Shown one piece after another: positions 41,194 through 53,446 of a stretch of DNA of 64,000 bases (the first letter of the stretch is position 1; each line of letters starts with the position of its first letter). The DNA comes from Octopus sinensis. Lineage: Eukaryota. The position numbers were made by a program, and so were the translations under genes. Under the pieces are notes generated by a model. It searched no databases. It worked only from the letters and a program-made list of their open reading frames with translations, and was not told the origin of the DNA. The stretch lies in contig NC_043020.1 in assembly GCF_006345805.1 (NCBI RefSeq), forward strand, positions 25,234,001 through 25,298,000. The letters are read 5' to 3'.

Positions 41194-41413
41194 AAGTTAA
41201 AATAATAGAGTAGGTTAAAATAAAATAAAGTAAAAATAATGTAATAAAAATAGTAAGGAATTGTAAAAATTTCATTTTAAGGTGCTTTTATAATTCATGG
41301 TATTGTAAATAAATAAAGTCACTCTCACTCTCGGAAGATTTGGCTGCTTCATGATAGAAACGGCTGTAAGAGTTAAGTATTTGTACACTCATCTAATATT
41401 CATTTATTTCCAT

Positions 41414-41450
<37 letters not shown>

Positions 41451-41580
41451 CTTACTTGCATATTTCATTCGTTTATTTGGATCACTTACACGTATGATTG
41501 TAATCAATTAATAAATAGATATAATTGAATATTTACAGGATGATGTTTGTCGATTATCTTCTCCATTTTCTTATTTGCCT

Positions 41581-41611
<31 letters not shown>

Positions 41612-41745
41612 TATATATATATTATAATATATATATATATAAATATGTGTGTGTGTGTGTGTGTAATCGGTAAAACTAAACACGTGTGTCTGTTTTGGCA
41701 CAGAAAGCTGGGTTAGTTTTTACGGATTGCATTTACACTGAACGA

Positions 41746-41818
41746 TTGTACTGATGAGGCCACGGACATTTGAATTATGTAAGTAATTCTTTTGTTAAAG
41801 GCCGAATTTTTTATATAA
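41746..41818 (+). ncRNA. Degenerate type I hammerhead motif
   Basis: UUGUA CUGAUGA GGCC [39 nt] GGCC GAA UUUUUUA UAUAA; stem III damaged. Confidence 0.45.
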
Positions 41819-41952
41819 ATTTTCATCTGTCCTGCCCGCCAAATTTCGTTCTGGTGTTCGCTGAATTTTTCCTCTAGAGAACTTTCTTTGTAGTTTGATC
41901 GTTGATGATCTATTTCTAGCATGCGGCAGACTACCTAGCAGTCTTGCCCTAT

Positions 41953-41989
<37 letters not shown>

Positions 41990-42476
41990 GGAGTAAACAC
42001 ATAAATGTGAAACAAGGTGCAAAACTGTTCGATGAATGGCAACGGGAAACTCAGAGTAACAGGTTTTGTTGAATTTTCAGCTGCTTTAAATAAAGTATAT
42101 ATATATATATATAGATGGAGGTATGATCTAAGCTATATACCTTTGAACCACATTTGCATATTCCAGAACTCGGAAATTTTATGTAGATATTATTATATTG
42201 TAAGGTATACATAAGTGTCAAAAAATAGTGGAAAATATTTTTTACAGAATAATTACATATTTGATATAAAGTTTTTGGCATTATTTATTCACCATTACAC
42301 GTGTTTCATTTGCTAACAGAACCTACAAAATTGCACAAGTAGGCGAAACATGAGAAATGTCTCTTATTAAAAATGTGAAACAGAGAATCACTATTATTTG
42401 ATTCTTAGAAAGGGAATCAAATACTTCTCCGGAAAATATACATGCCACAGAAATATGGGAAACAGCTTTATAACTC

Positions 42477-42579
<103 letters not shown>

Positions 42580-42830
42580 TGCCCATATACGTGCATATGC
42601 TTGTGTGCCCATATTTTTTTGTATGTATCTAGACACGTAATAAAGAGTTGTTATGCGAATTATTCGTTGACCTATTTTAGAATATGAAAATAGTTTAGTT
42701 GTGTCATCTGAATCTATTCATGTGTCTATTTTTACCAAATTTTTCGACCATTTTAAGCAATAAATATAGTACCTTTGTATTATTTTTAAATGAGAGTATA
42801 ACCGCACGGATAGGTGTACGCATGTAAGTG

Positions 42831-42887
<57 letters not shown>

Positions 42888-43013
42888 GTGTGTGTACGTA
42901 TATATGAAAACATATATGCGATATATTATCCATACATATGTAATTCTATTCATATGTATATATTTGTATGCATTCATATCGTTATGTCTGTCTACATGTG
43001 TGTATATATATAC

Positions 43014-43078
<65 letters not shown>

Positions 43079-43638
43079 TGTGTGTATTTGTGTGTGTGTG
43101 TGTGTGTGTTATTGTACGCATGCTCAGAGATGACTATAGCTTTTCTTTATGTTATTACAGCAATAAATATAGTACCTTTGTATATTTCCTCGCAGTTAAA
43201 TATGGTATCTTGTTGTGATTCTTCAGAAATTACCATCGTACCTTTGTTTCTTTGTTCCAACATTCCAATAATGGATCCATGTTTTTAGGCGTGTTAACAT
43301 GATTGTGTGTTTGTTGTTAATGAGGCGCGTGTTTCTAGTTTTAAACATCGTAATTAAATTGCCAACAAATAGCACAAGGGCGAACGTTTTTTATATTCTG
43401 TAAGTCTATTGAGTGTAATAGAAATAGGATGCGTGTGTGTATATATATGTGTGTGTATGTATGTGTGTGTATGTGTGTACCTGTGTGTATGTGTGTGTAC
43501 ATGTGTGTGTATGTAAGTGAAAGTGTGTGGTTTTGTGGATAGAGTATTCGGCTTACGAGCATAAGGTTAGGAGTTCGGTACTTGAGCAAGATACTTTATT
43601 TCTCGTTGGCCCACTGCATTCAGCTAGCAAGTGTATAT

Positions 43639-43800
43639 AGGCGCAGGAGTGATTGTGTAGAAAGAAGCTTGCTTACCAGCCACATGGTTCTGGGTTCCGT
43701 CCCACTGCGTGGCACATTCGGCAAGTGTCTTCCACTATAGCCACAGGCTGAACAAAGTCTTGTGAGTGGATTTGGTAGGCGGAACTGATAGAAGGCTGTC

Positions 43801-43803
<3 letters not shown>
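43639..43803 (+). mobile_element. SINE family A
   Basis: AGGCGCAGGAGTGATTGTGTAG...GGGTTCCGTCCCACTGCGTGG...GGCTGTCGTATA. Confidence 0.85.
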
Positions 43804-43849
<46 letters not shown>

Positions 43850-44136
43850 AAAATGGGACAAGAACGCAAAACATCCAGACAGGTGATAAAAAAAAGGGAC
43901 AACAAAGCATCCAGACAGACGATAGAAAGAAAATAAGGAAGTGTCATTCGGAGTTCGGCTGATTATACTCGAGATTGTTCCAATCTGGCCAGCCCCAAGA
44001 AAAAACTAAGCTAAGAGCGCTATATTCCTTGCAAGAAAGCGGCGAATGTACACGAAAACAACGACGGAAAAAACGGAGAAATGGTTCACAAATACAGAAA
44101 CAAGACATTACAACAGGTGTCTTTCGACTAAGGACG

Positions 44137-44178
<42 letters not shown>

Positions 44179-44514
44179 ATATATATTATCTTTATATATT
44201 TAATATCAAAACCTCGGACTAAATTGAACTTGGACATGGAGTTTAAGTTACCACTATGTTTTTTAAAATTAAATTTATTTGATTATGCAGATGTATTAAC
44301 TTTAATATCCATATAACAGGAATGTAAACACTGTGAAATCTAATATGCATATAACGGGGACTTATATTTTGTGGAACTGACCTTACCTGGACTTGTAATT
44401 CGGACTGAATGTTTTGGATGCTAAAATTTAACTTATTCGTGTTAAGCGGATGCGTTAAGTATTATTTAGATTATGTTTGTATAACATATTCATACGCAAA
44501 TATCTTGTTTGTGC

Positions 44515-44554
<40 letters not shown>

Positions 44555-44962
44555 CTGTGTGTATGTGTGAACATTTATACTTGGTACATTGTTTCATGAA
44601 TTTTTGTGACGTTGTTTAGTATTACCGTTAAAACAACATTACTGTTGGTATTGTTGAAAGTGGTAGTATATTACGTTAGAATGCATTTACTGAACTATAC
44701 AAAGCATGATAATCCAAAGTAATGTGATATACTGTTCAATATTGTTCTTTATGTTTTTTGCACATGTGATTAATATGTACGATTTCCCTATGTATGTATG
44801 TATATTTGTATATTTTATATGTATATATGTGCTTATGTGTGTGTGTGTGTATGTGTGTGTTTTGAATATCTGTCTTATTTATTTTCTTGTTTTTATTGGA
44901 TAGTATGTGAAGCGTGTTTTTCATATATCAATATTGTTATTATACTTTTCTAGTTATGTATA

Positions 44963-45094
44963 TCCTCTGACGAGGCCTTTGGTTATTTAAATATACAAAT
45001 ATAATCTTTAATGCCTAGGACTATATTACAATGGCATCTATGGGCAATTTAAGTTGAATTGACTCTTGACCATAGGCTGAAACAGCTGTAAGGA
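44963..45094 (+). ncRNA. Canonical type I hammerhead ribozyme with about 100-nt stem II
   Basis: UCCU CUGACGA GGCCUUUGGUUA ... UGACCAUAGGCU GAAAC AGCU GUA AGGA. Confidence 0.85.
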
Positions 45095-46584
45095 GCGGTT
45101 GTATTATTTTTATTATTATTTTACATGTTGATGTATATTGTTTTGTTCGATTTTCATGTTCCCATTTGTATAATTAATAAACAATGTGAAATTGTAATAT
45201 CCGTAAGTTGATGATCGAAATGAATTTGTTTCTCCATTTTCTTATTTGTATTATGTATATATATATATATAAATATTTATCATGCGGTACTAAAAAGTTC
45301 CTAGCTTTCGGTTAAAGAAAATACACGAGGATCAGTTAGTTATGATTTTCTTCAACATCACTTAGATATCTTATGGCCATTGTATACCGCTTAGAGTGAG
45401 AAAAATATCAACTTGAGTCTCTCAATAAGGATCACTCACAGTGGGGTGAAAACACAACAACCCTACGCCTATCTACATTGGTGATCCTAACCCTGGCATC
45501 GATGCTTTCTACAGGTTGTCGGTTGTTTCGTTAGTCATTCAAAAAATACACATCTACTCTGAAGGTATTTATGTCCGTAATTATAACAGTACAACTGCTA
45601 TAAGTATACCAGCGAGACCCAGGGAACTGCGCCACAGAATTCGTGACTCTTCACCAACCGATGTAGTGTCACTAGCAAGTAATAGGCAATAGCTTTATTA
45701 ATATCTATTTGTGTGTACGAGTGTATGTGCGCCAAACCATGCGTATGTGTGCGCTTGGATGCGCGTGTGCATTTATACCAGCGAGTGTGTGTGCGCCAGA
45801 CCACGTATGCGTGGGCGTTTATACATCCATTTCTACTTACGGTTATATCTAATATTGTTTCCGCTGTATTGTGTATTTTCTTTTCTTTTTCTACCTATTT
45901 GTTATGGAATTTATATAAGTATGAAGCTGTATACCTTAATTTGCCATTTATATTTAGGAAGACCAAGAAAAAATCTTGCGAAACAGAGTTTATTTTAACG
46001 AGACGCCCCTTAAAATCACCTGAGGAGACACATCTACACCAACGGATACACCTAAACCAGATGTTCAGGATCCCACCTGCGAGGGATCGATGCTAGATGG
46101 CTCGAAGCAATTGTAGTAATCAATTTTTGTATCTTCCATCTTCCGTCTCATTAATCAAATACCCAACGAAGACTGAACCAGTGAACGTGCTTAACCGGCA
46201 AACTACCAGGTGTATACCATACGATTTATTAACTATTAGTATTACATATATATTAATCACTGATATTTAAATTTGATTTCTCTTTATAAAACAGTTTTAA
46301 ATTTCTATCAGATGATTCAGTTCATTTTAAAACTGAAGAGGTACTAAATGGGACCTTTTGTTTTTGGTATTTTATTGTTAAACTGTTTGCTGCTGTCACA
46401 AAAACCAGTCCTGTGACATAAACAACAGCAACTAGCATATCTGTGTTCAAATCTGCTGGAAACTGTTGAGAATCAACTATGACCGTATGTGTATGTCATG
46501 TAAACATGGTGGTTTTATGTTCTAGCAATGATCCTAACGATTTGTTCCCTCCAACCCAATAACAAAATTATTGCCACCGACCAG

Positions 46585-46755
46585 ATCGGCAGAGCGTCGG
46601 AAAAGCGATTCAGCGGTTTTTGTACCGGCTCTTTACATTGTGAGGTGAAATTCCACTGGGCAAATTGCTTTCATCTTTCGGGGTCGATAAAATAAAGTCA
46701 AGTATTGAGTCGATCCCATCGACTAACCTCTTCTACTCAAAAATGTTGACCTTGT
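46585..46755 (+). mobile_element. SINE family C (degenerate)
   Basis: Homologous to 54370-54550 (AAATTCCAC...GCTTTCATCTTTCGGGGTCGATAAAATAAAGT). Confidence 0.6.
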
Positions 46756-46757
46756 GC

Positions 46758-46830
<73 letters not shown>

Positions 46831-46889
46831 GCCATCAACATCATTTTCTCTTTTGTTGTTGCCTTATTACGGCAAGTAATTGTGCAGTA

Positions 46890-46946
<57 letters not shown>

Positions 46947-47445
46947 GTAACTCCTTATAACGAAGACGCAATAATGAGATTAATGATAATAATAGTAATA
47001 ATTACAACAACGACGATGATGATGATGATTAAAAAGAACAACACAAAAAATATATAAAACAAAAAGATTACGCCATACCAAGACACAAAACACAATTTAC
47101 CAAAACCATAGCACATACATCAGTGTAGCACACCAACCGCAACAACAATAGCAACAATAACAACAACCAAAACACAAATAACAAAGGAATAAAATAAACA
47201 ACATTTCGAAATAAGTTTTCGGTTTGCTGCAGGTAATTCCACTTCTGCTGTCATAGAATATAATTACTAATTGACGTGACTGCTCTTAAAGAATGGTTTT
47301 CTCGGTTCCTGCAATCAGTTTGCAAATTTACGGTAAAGTAATGAATGTGCAGATTTACAACCGGAATATTTATGTATGTGTGTGATAGATAGATGTACAT
47401 ATAAACATATGTATGTTTGTATGTTTGTATGTATGTGTATATATA

Positions 47446-47488
<43 letters not shown>

Positions 47489-47500
47489 ATATATATATAT

Positions 47501-47531
<31 letters not shown>

Positions 47532-47571
47532 TAGGCGCAAGAGTGGCTGTGTGGTAAGTAGCTTTGCTTAC

Positions 47572-49604
47572 CTCACTGACAGAAGAGTTCGCATTTTTCA
47601 AGCTGCTTGTAAATCACGTCTTGCGACGTGAAAACTGTACATTTGAAGCACGACTACATGTAGGCGTTTATTTTATTTTGGAGGCGCTTAGTGGAGTTTG
47701 TTGCTCTGTAATTAATAAATTTTGTCGAGCAATAGAACTCTACTCTGTTCCAGACATTTGCCTGCCTGTGGTTCTGCAAAAAGACTCACTTTGCAGTGAG
47801 ACTAGTGATTTCCCTCCACGAAAAATTTTTGTCTGTTTTTTGCTGTGTTCGTGCCTCTACCTCTGGATTTACCATTCTGGCAAGGAGAGCGAGGACGGCG
47901 GAGAATTTAATTTTTGTGCTGCGGATAGCCTGAGTAGCAGAATTTTGTTGCCAGTTGAACAGTGTTCCTTCATTCCTTTTTTTTTTCATGTCTGTCTTTC
48001 CGTTCTTTCTTTGTGTTATATTATTGACTTTTATTTGAACATTTTTGGACTTTTTGTTTTTGGATTATTTTTATTTTATTTTTGGGAAAAAATGGCATCA
48101 AAGAATAGCGCTTTGGAGTGGCGAATTGTGGCCCCCCAAAGATTGGCTCAAAAATTATACTGAGAGAATGGTGGTGTTAAGGACCTACTCTAGGGTCCTG
48201 GAGTTCTCTCAGTCTGACATTGAGGAAGATTTGGCAAAGTACCTGCTAACTTTTCGATTTATTCGTAGGGGTACAAAGTACGTAACTGTGTGTGTTCTTT
48301 TTGACACCCCTACGGAGGCACAAGGGTTTGCGTGCCAACCGGTCGAATGGGAGAAGATTTTGTTTCTCCCCACATACGGTGGGCGAAAATTGACGAGAGC
48401 TTGGGTGTGTGGGCTTCCACCCGGAATTGAGCCCGAGTGGATAGAGGATACCATCCGACGGGGTCTGGGTGGCAGCGGAGCCAAGCTCTTAAATGTCAGA
48501 ATGCTTCCTGTGGCTGATTGGGTGGGGTCGAAAGCAATTTTTACCCTATGGACCCAATCAGCCAAAGAACTGGTTTTACCAGATGTTTTGACAATGGCCG
48601 GTTCCAAGTACCCGGTGATGGTTGAGGGACGCCCCCCCACCATGTGTCACCTGTGCCTGGAATCGGGTCACATCAAGAAAAACTGTCACCGGGACCAGGC
48701 AAAGGTCCTGGAGCAGTTAATCGAAGAGGTGTCCCCTGTTCCCCCAGTGGAGGAAAAAGTTGAGGATGAGGTAACTTCCTCAAAAAGAGGAGGAAGAGGA
48801 AAAAGGGGGACAACAATGGTTGCCCACCCATGGATCCTGAGACGGCGGGGGCGAGGGAGGGTTTTCTGAAGATGCCGGAGGAGCTCCACCCTCCCGTTGT
48901 AAAAGGAAAGAAGAAAAAGAAAAGGAAGAACGGGGTATTGCTGGTGACGGCATGGCCCGAAGCCCCTTCGGTGGGATGTGTGCCACCGGAGGGGGGAAAT
49001 ATGACCTCGCCGGCGGGATGTGTGCCACCGAGTGAGGGACATGAGGCCCCTCCTAGTGAAGGTAGTGAGGAATGTATGTTCTGCTATCTCAAGGGAGGGG
49101 CTATCGACAGTTTTGTCGAAAATAAGATGGACAGTCGGATCCTAAGGGAACTGAATTGCATTGACAGCTCAGAGTGGCCTTCGCAGGTGGCTGCTCTGGT
49201 GCTGGAATGAAAACAATGCAATATGATAATCTACTCGTGTGGAGGCGAGGTTTTCAGAATTCTCCATTGGAACCCCAGTTTTCACTGAAAACAGTGCCTG
49301 CAAGTTGCACGAGATTTGCTGGGGGAGGAAGTGTAAAAGTTTATTGCCTCTAATTGGTGTATAGACTGTATTTTGATTGTATGGACTTATGGTCCAAGAA
49401 ATTGTATTTTTTGTATTTTTTACCTCAGTTAATGCATTTTTGGGGGAAAAAAATAATAATTTAGAGAAGCAGAGGGTCAGCGGGCGCCTTTTGCCTTCTC
49501 CCATCTTTATCATTTTTCATCATAATCATCCGCTTCATTAATGTTTATGTCTAACCCGCAAGCTACTCTGTGTAATGCCTTTATGGCAAATTTCTATGAA
49601 GAAA
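47572..49604 (+). mobile_element. Non-autonomous Tx1/L1-type element with 5' UTR, ORF1 and 3' end, no RT
   Basis: ORF1 from ATG 48092, frameshifted, to 49210, with VEGRPPT-CHLCLESGHIKKNC (CCHC knuckle). The 3' end CTGTGTAATGCCTTTATGGCAAAT resembles the Tx1 end CTGTGTGCAGCCCTGTGTGGCCAAT (58760-58785, minus). Confidence 0.7.
48092..49210 (+). pseudogene. LINE ORF1 (gag-like RNA-binding protein with zinc knuckle), two frameshifts
   Basis: Overlapping ORFs 47564-48163, 48045-48869 and 48830-49210; CX2CX4HX4C motif. Confidence 0.75.
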
Positions 49605-49749
49605 AGTAGCTTAACAACCACATAGTTCCGGGTTCAATCCCACTGCGTGGCCCTTTGGCCAAGTGTCTGCTACTGTAGCCTCTGGCCGACCAAAGCCTTG
49701 CGAGTGGATTTGGTAGACGGAAACTGAAAGAAGCCCGTTATTTATATAC

Positions 49750-49803
<54 letters not shown>

Positions 49804-50104
49804 AGTATGTATGTATGTATGTATATGTCTGAGTTTTTCCCCCCAACATCACTTGATAACCGATGCTGGTGTGTTTACGTCCCTGTAACTTAGTTCGGCA
49901 AAAGAGTCTATAGAATAAGTACTAGGCTTACAATGAAATTAGTCATGGCGTCGATTTACTCGACTAAAGGCGGCGCTCCAACATAGTTACTTAGTAATTT
50001 TAATATTTCTATTATTGAAAACAAGTGGATGTATTCCACCGAAGCTAGGTAAATAAAACCTTTCAACAGAGATTGTCAGAAGCGACACCTACTGGTCTGG
50101 CTAC

Positions 50105-50146
50105 GCTGCATTGAAAAGGGGCAATACCCCGAAACGCGTCTGTAGC
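50105..50146 (+). ncRNA. Type I hammerhead ribozyme (U3-A8), copy 1
   Basis: GCUGCA UUGAAAA GGGG CAAUA CCCC GAAAC GC GUC^UGUAGC; predicted cut after 50140. Confidence 0.85.
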
Positions 50147-50466
50147 TGCCGGCCAAGTAGTGTGGAGCCACTGACCTCCCTTGTTCAAAGGTTATATGGA
50201 TACAGTTTGTGTATCAAATAGCTAACTTAAGGCGATGGCCTCATGGAGCTAATAAGCGGTCAGCTTTATTCTTATTTTTATAAGAATGCCATATTAGTAT
50301 GGCGATAACTAATATTTTCCGGAACGCTGCCGTTGTTCTCTTTTAGAGAGACTTAGTAATTTTAATATTTCTATTCTTGAAAACAAGTGGATGTATTCCA
50401 CCGAAGCTAGGTAAATAAAACCTTTGAACAGAGATTGTCAGAAGCGACACCTACTAGTCTGGCTAC

Positions 50467-50508
50467 GCTGCATTGAAAAGGGGCAATACCCCGAAACGCG
50501 TCTGTAGC
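50467..50508 (+). ncRNA. Type I hammerhead ribozyme (U3-A8), copy 2
   Basis: Identical motif; predicted cut after 50502. Confidence 0.85.
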
Positions 50509-50829
50509 TGCCGGCCAAGTAGTGTGGAGCCACTGGCCTCCCTTGTTCAAAGGTTATATGGATACAGTTTGTGTATCAAATAGCTAACTTAAGGCGATGG
50601 CCTCATGGAGCTAATAAGCGGTCAGCTTTATTCTTATTTTTATAAGAATGCCATATTAGTATGGCGATAACTAATATTTTCCGGGAACGCTGCCGTTGTT
50701 CTCTTTTAGAGAGACTTAGTAATTTTAATATTTCTATTCTTGAAAACAAGTGGATGTATTCCACCGAAGCTAGGTAAATAAAACCTTTGAACAGAGATTG
50801 TCAGAAGCGACACCTACTAGTCTGGCTAC

Positions 50830-50871
50830 GCTGCATTGAAAAGGGGCAATACCCCGAAACGCGTCTGTAGC
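50830..50871 (+). ncRNA. Type I hammerhead ribozyme (U3-A8), copy 3
   Basis: Identical motif; predicted cut after 50865. Confidence 0.85.
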
Positions 50872-51192
50872 TGCCGGCCAAGTAGTGTGGAGCGACTGAC
50901 CTCCCTTGTTCAAAGGTTATATGGATACAGTTTGTGTATCAAATAGCTAACTTAAGGCGATGGCCTCATGGAGCTACTAAGCGGTCGGCTTTATTCTTAT
51001 TTTTATAAGAATGCCATATTAGTATGGCGATAACTAATATTTTCCGGGAACGCTGCCGTTGTTCTCTTTTAGAGAGACTTAGTAATTTTAATATTTCTAT
51101 TCTTGAAAACAAGTGGATGTATTCCACCGAAGCTAGGTAAATAAAACCTTTGAACAGAGATTGTCAGAAGCGACACCTACTAGTCTGGCTAC

Positions 51193-51234
51193 GCTGCATT
51201 GAAAAGGGGCAATACCCCGAAACGCGTCTGTAGC
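51193..51234 (+). ncRNA. Type I hammerhead ribozyme (U3-A8), copy 4
   Basis: Identical motif; predicted cut after 51228. Confidence 0.85.
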
Positions 51235-51459
51235 TGCCGGCCAAGTAGTGTGGAGCGACTGACCTCCCTTGTTCAAGGTTATATGGATACAGTTTGTGTA
51301 TCAAATAGCTAACTTAAGGCGATGGCCTCATGGAGCTACTAAGCGGTCGGCTTTATCCTTATTTTTATAAGAATGCCATATTAGTATGGCGATAACTAAT
51401 ATTTTCCGGGAACGCTGCCGTTGTTCTCTTTAAGAGAGACTTAGTAATTTTAATATTTC

Positions 51460-51508
<49 letters not shown>

Positions 51509-51565
51509 TAGATAGATAGATACACATATATATGCATATATATATATACATATATAAACATATAC

Positions 51566-51629
<64 letters not shown>

Positions 51630-51995
51630 CACATCTGTATACGTATATATAATATATATATGTGTGTGTGCGTGTACTATATATACACGTATAGTTGCGG
51701 CTGTGGGCAATTAACTTCTTCAAATGAACATTATGTAATAAAATTTGTTGTTGTTGTTGGTGGTGGTGTGGTGTTACTGATATTGCTTTGATTTTATTGT
51801 TCTTGTTGCTGCTGTTGTTATTTTTATTGCCACAATTGTTATTGTTGCTGTTGCAGTTCATGCTTTTTTTCTCATTTTATTTTTATTGACATTGTTATTG
51901 TTTTTGTTATTTTTTTGTTGTAAATTTTGTAATTTCTTTTAACCTTTAATTCCAGTAGCATTTCTAGCTAATCCTTCTTTCTTAGTAGTACTAGT

Positions 51996-52076
<81 letters not shown>

Positions 52077-53091
52077 GCTGTTGTTGTTGTCGTCTCTTGT
52101 TGGTGGACGATAAGGACGAAGTGGAAGATGGCTACAAAAGAAACGCCAGAAAACGGGAAATTAAAACTGAAGGGAAGACAAGAGAACCTTACTCCATCGG
52201 CCATTATCGTAAAATTGATTATTGCAAGACAATGAGGCCAAGCACACACACACACACAATCAGTTTGTTAACAAATTTACACACTTTAACGAAACCCTAT
52301 ATATTCAAAATCACATATGCATATATATATATATAGGTATGTATGCATGTATATATATGTGTGTATGTATGTGTGTACATATGCATATATGTTTGTATAC
52401 GCATTACATGTACGTGTGTATATATGTATAAATATATATATATGTGTGTGTTTGTACATATACATATATATATATATATATTATTATATATATATATATA
52501 TATATATTTACATATATAGGAATATGTATGTTAGTCCCACAGAAACCAACACGCATACTTATACACACACACGCACGCACACGTGACCGAGGAGATTATG
52601 TATGCGACTTATTTCATTGTGAAAGATGCGCACGACACTTTAACTAATGCTATGAAAGATCTGTAGTCTGTTTCTGGTTCTGAGAGATTCCAGTCTTGTA
52701 CAGGAAGCAAAAAGCAGTTGGATGCAAAAAGAAGAGAGAAATAACAACGCACCGAATCCTTTTTTTTCTTTTATAGCGGGGAAAAACCTACGATTGAGAG
52801 GGTTATGTCATGGCACTCCTATTAGGGGCTTTTCGGAATAGTGTATCTAGGACTACATCATCTCTCAGTCCTCGTTATAAGAGAGTTTGGTGTGAGTTGA
52901 AGATTTGACAGTTATGTCTAGCAGGTTTAGCAACCGACTCTCCGTCACCTTATGTTCGATGTTCATCAAAATGGAAGCCAATACATATGGACGTTACCAT
53001 GGCAACTACTAACTTCAAAAACGTACACGCTCACCCTCATCACCGCAACAAGTACCAGCATTAAGGATTAAAAAAAAAAAGAGGTAAGCGT

Positions 53092-53318
53092 CTTCCCTAG
53101 TTATATAGACCCATAAGGGCCAAGTTTCCCGGTCTCCGTGGAGTTTATATTCCCCACTTGGATGGGACGCCGGTCCATCACAGGTTTAACTCGTTTTTAC
53201 TACCTGAATGGATTGGGCGCAACACCAAATGAAGTGTTTTGCTCAAGAAGAACAACGCGTCGCCGGGTCCAGGAATCGAAACCACAATCTTACGATCTCC
53301 AACTATACTGCATTAACC
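53092..53318 (-). mobile_element. SINE (family B-related, degenerate)
   Basis: GCTCAAGAAGAACAACGCGTCGCCGGGTCCAGGAATCGAAACCACAATCTTACGATC. Confidence 0.7.
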
Positions 53319-53379
53319 AATAAATACTACAATTAATACTACTAATTGTGTTGCAGCTATTATTAATGGTGCCAATAAC

Positions 53380-53446
<67 letters not shown>

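Larger units (their letters stand above)
47533..49986 (+). mobile_element. SINE family A split by a 2-kb insertion (head 47533-47571, remainder about 49605-49986)
   Basis: AGGCGCAAGAGTGGCTGTGTGGTAAGTAGCTT..TTAC | insertion | AAGTAGCTTAACAACCACATAGTTCCGGGTTCAATCCC. Confidence 0.85.
49989..51463 (+). repeat. Tandem array of about 4.1 units of 362-363 bp, one hammerhead per unit (retrozyme-like)
   Basis: Identical HHRs at 50105-50146, 50467-50508, 50830-50871 and 51193-51234. Units near-identical and non-coding. Ends in (TA)n. Confidence 0.95.

Noticed and set aside
49989-51463. CRISPR array or plain satellite interpretation
   Set aside because: Whole units are near-identical with no unique spacers and no cas genes. 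Dispersed copies with covarying RNA helices argue against a simple satellite.
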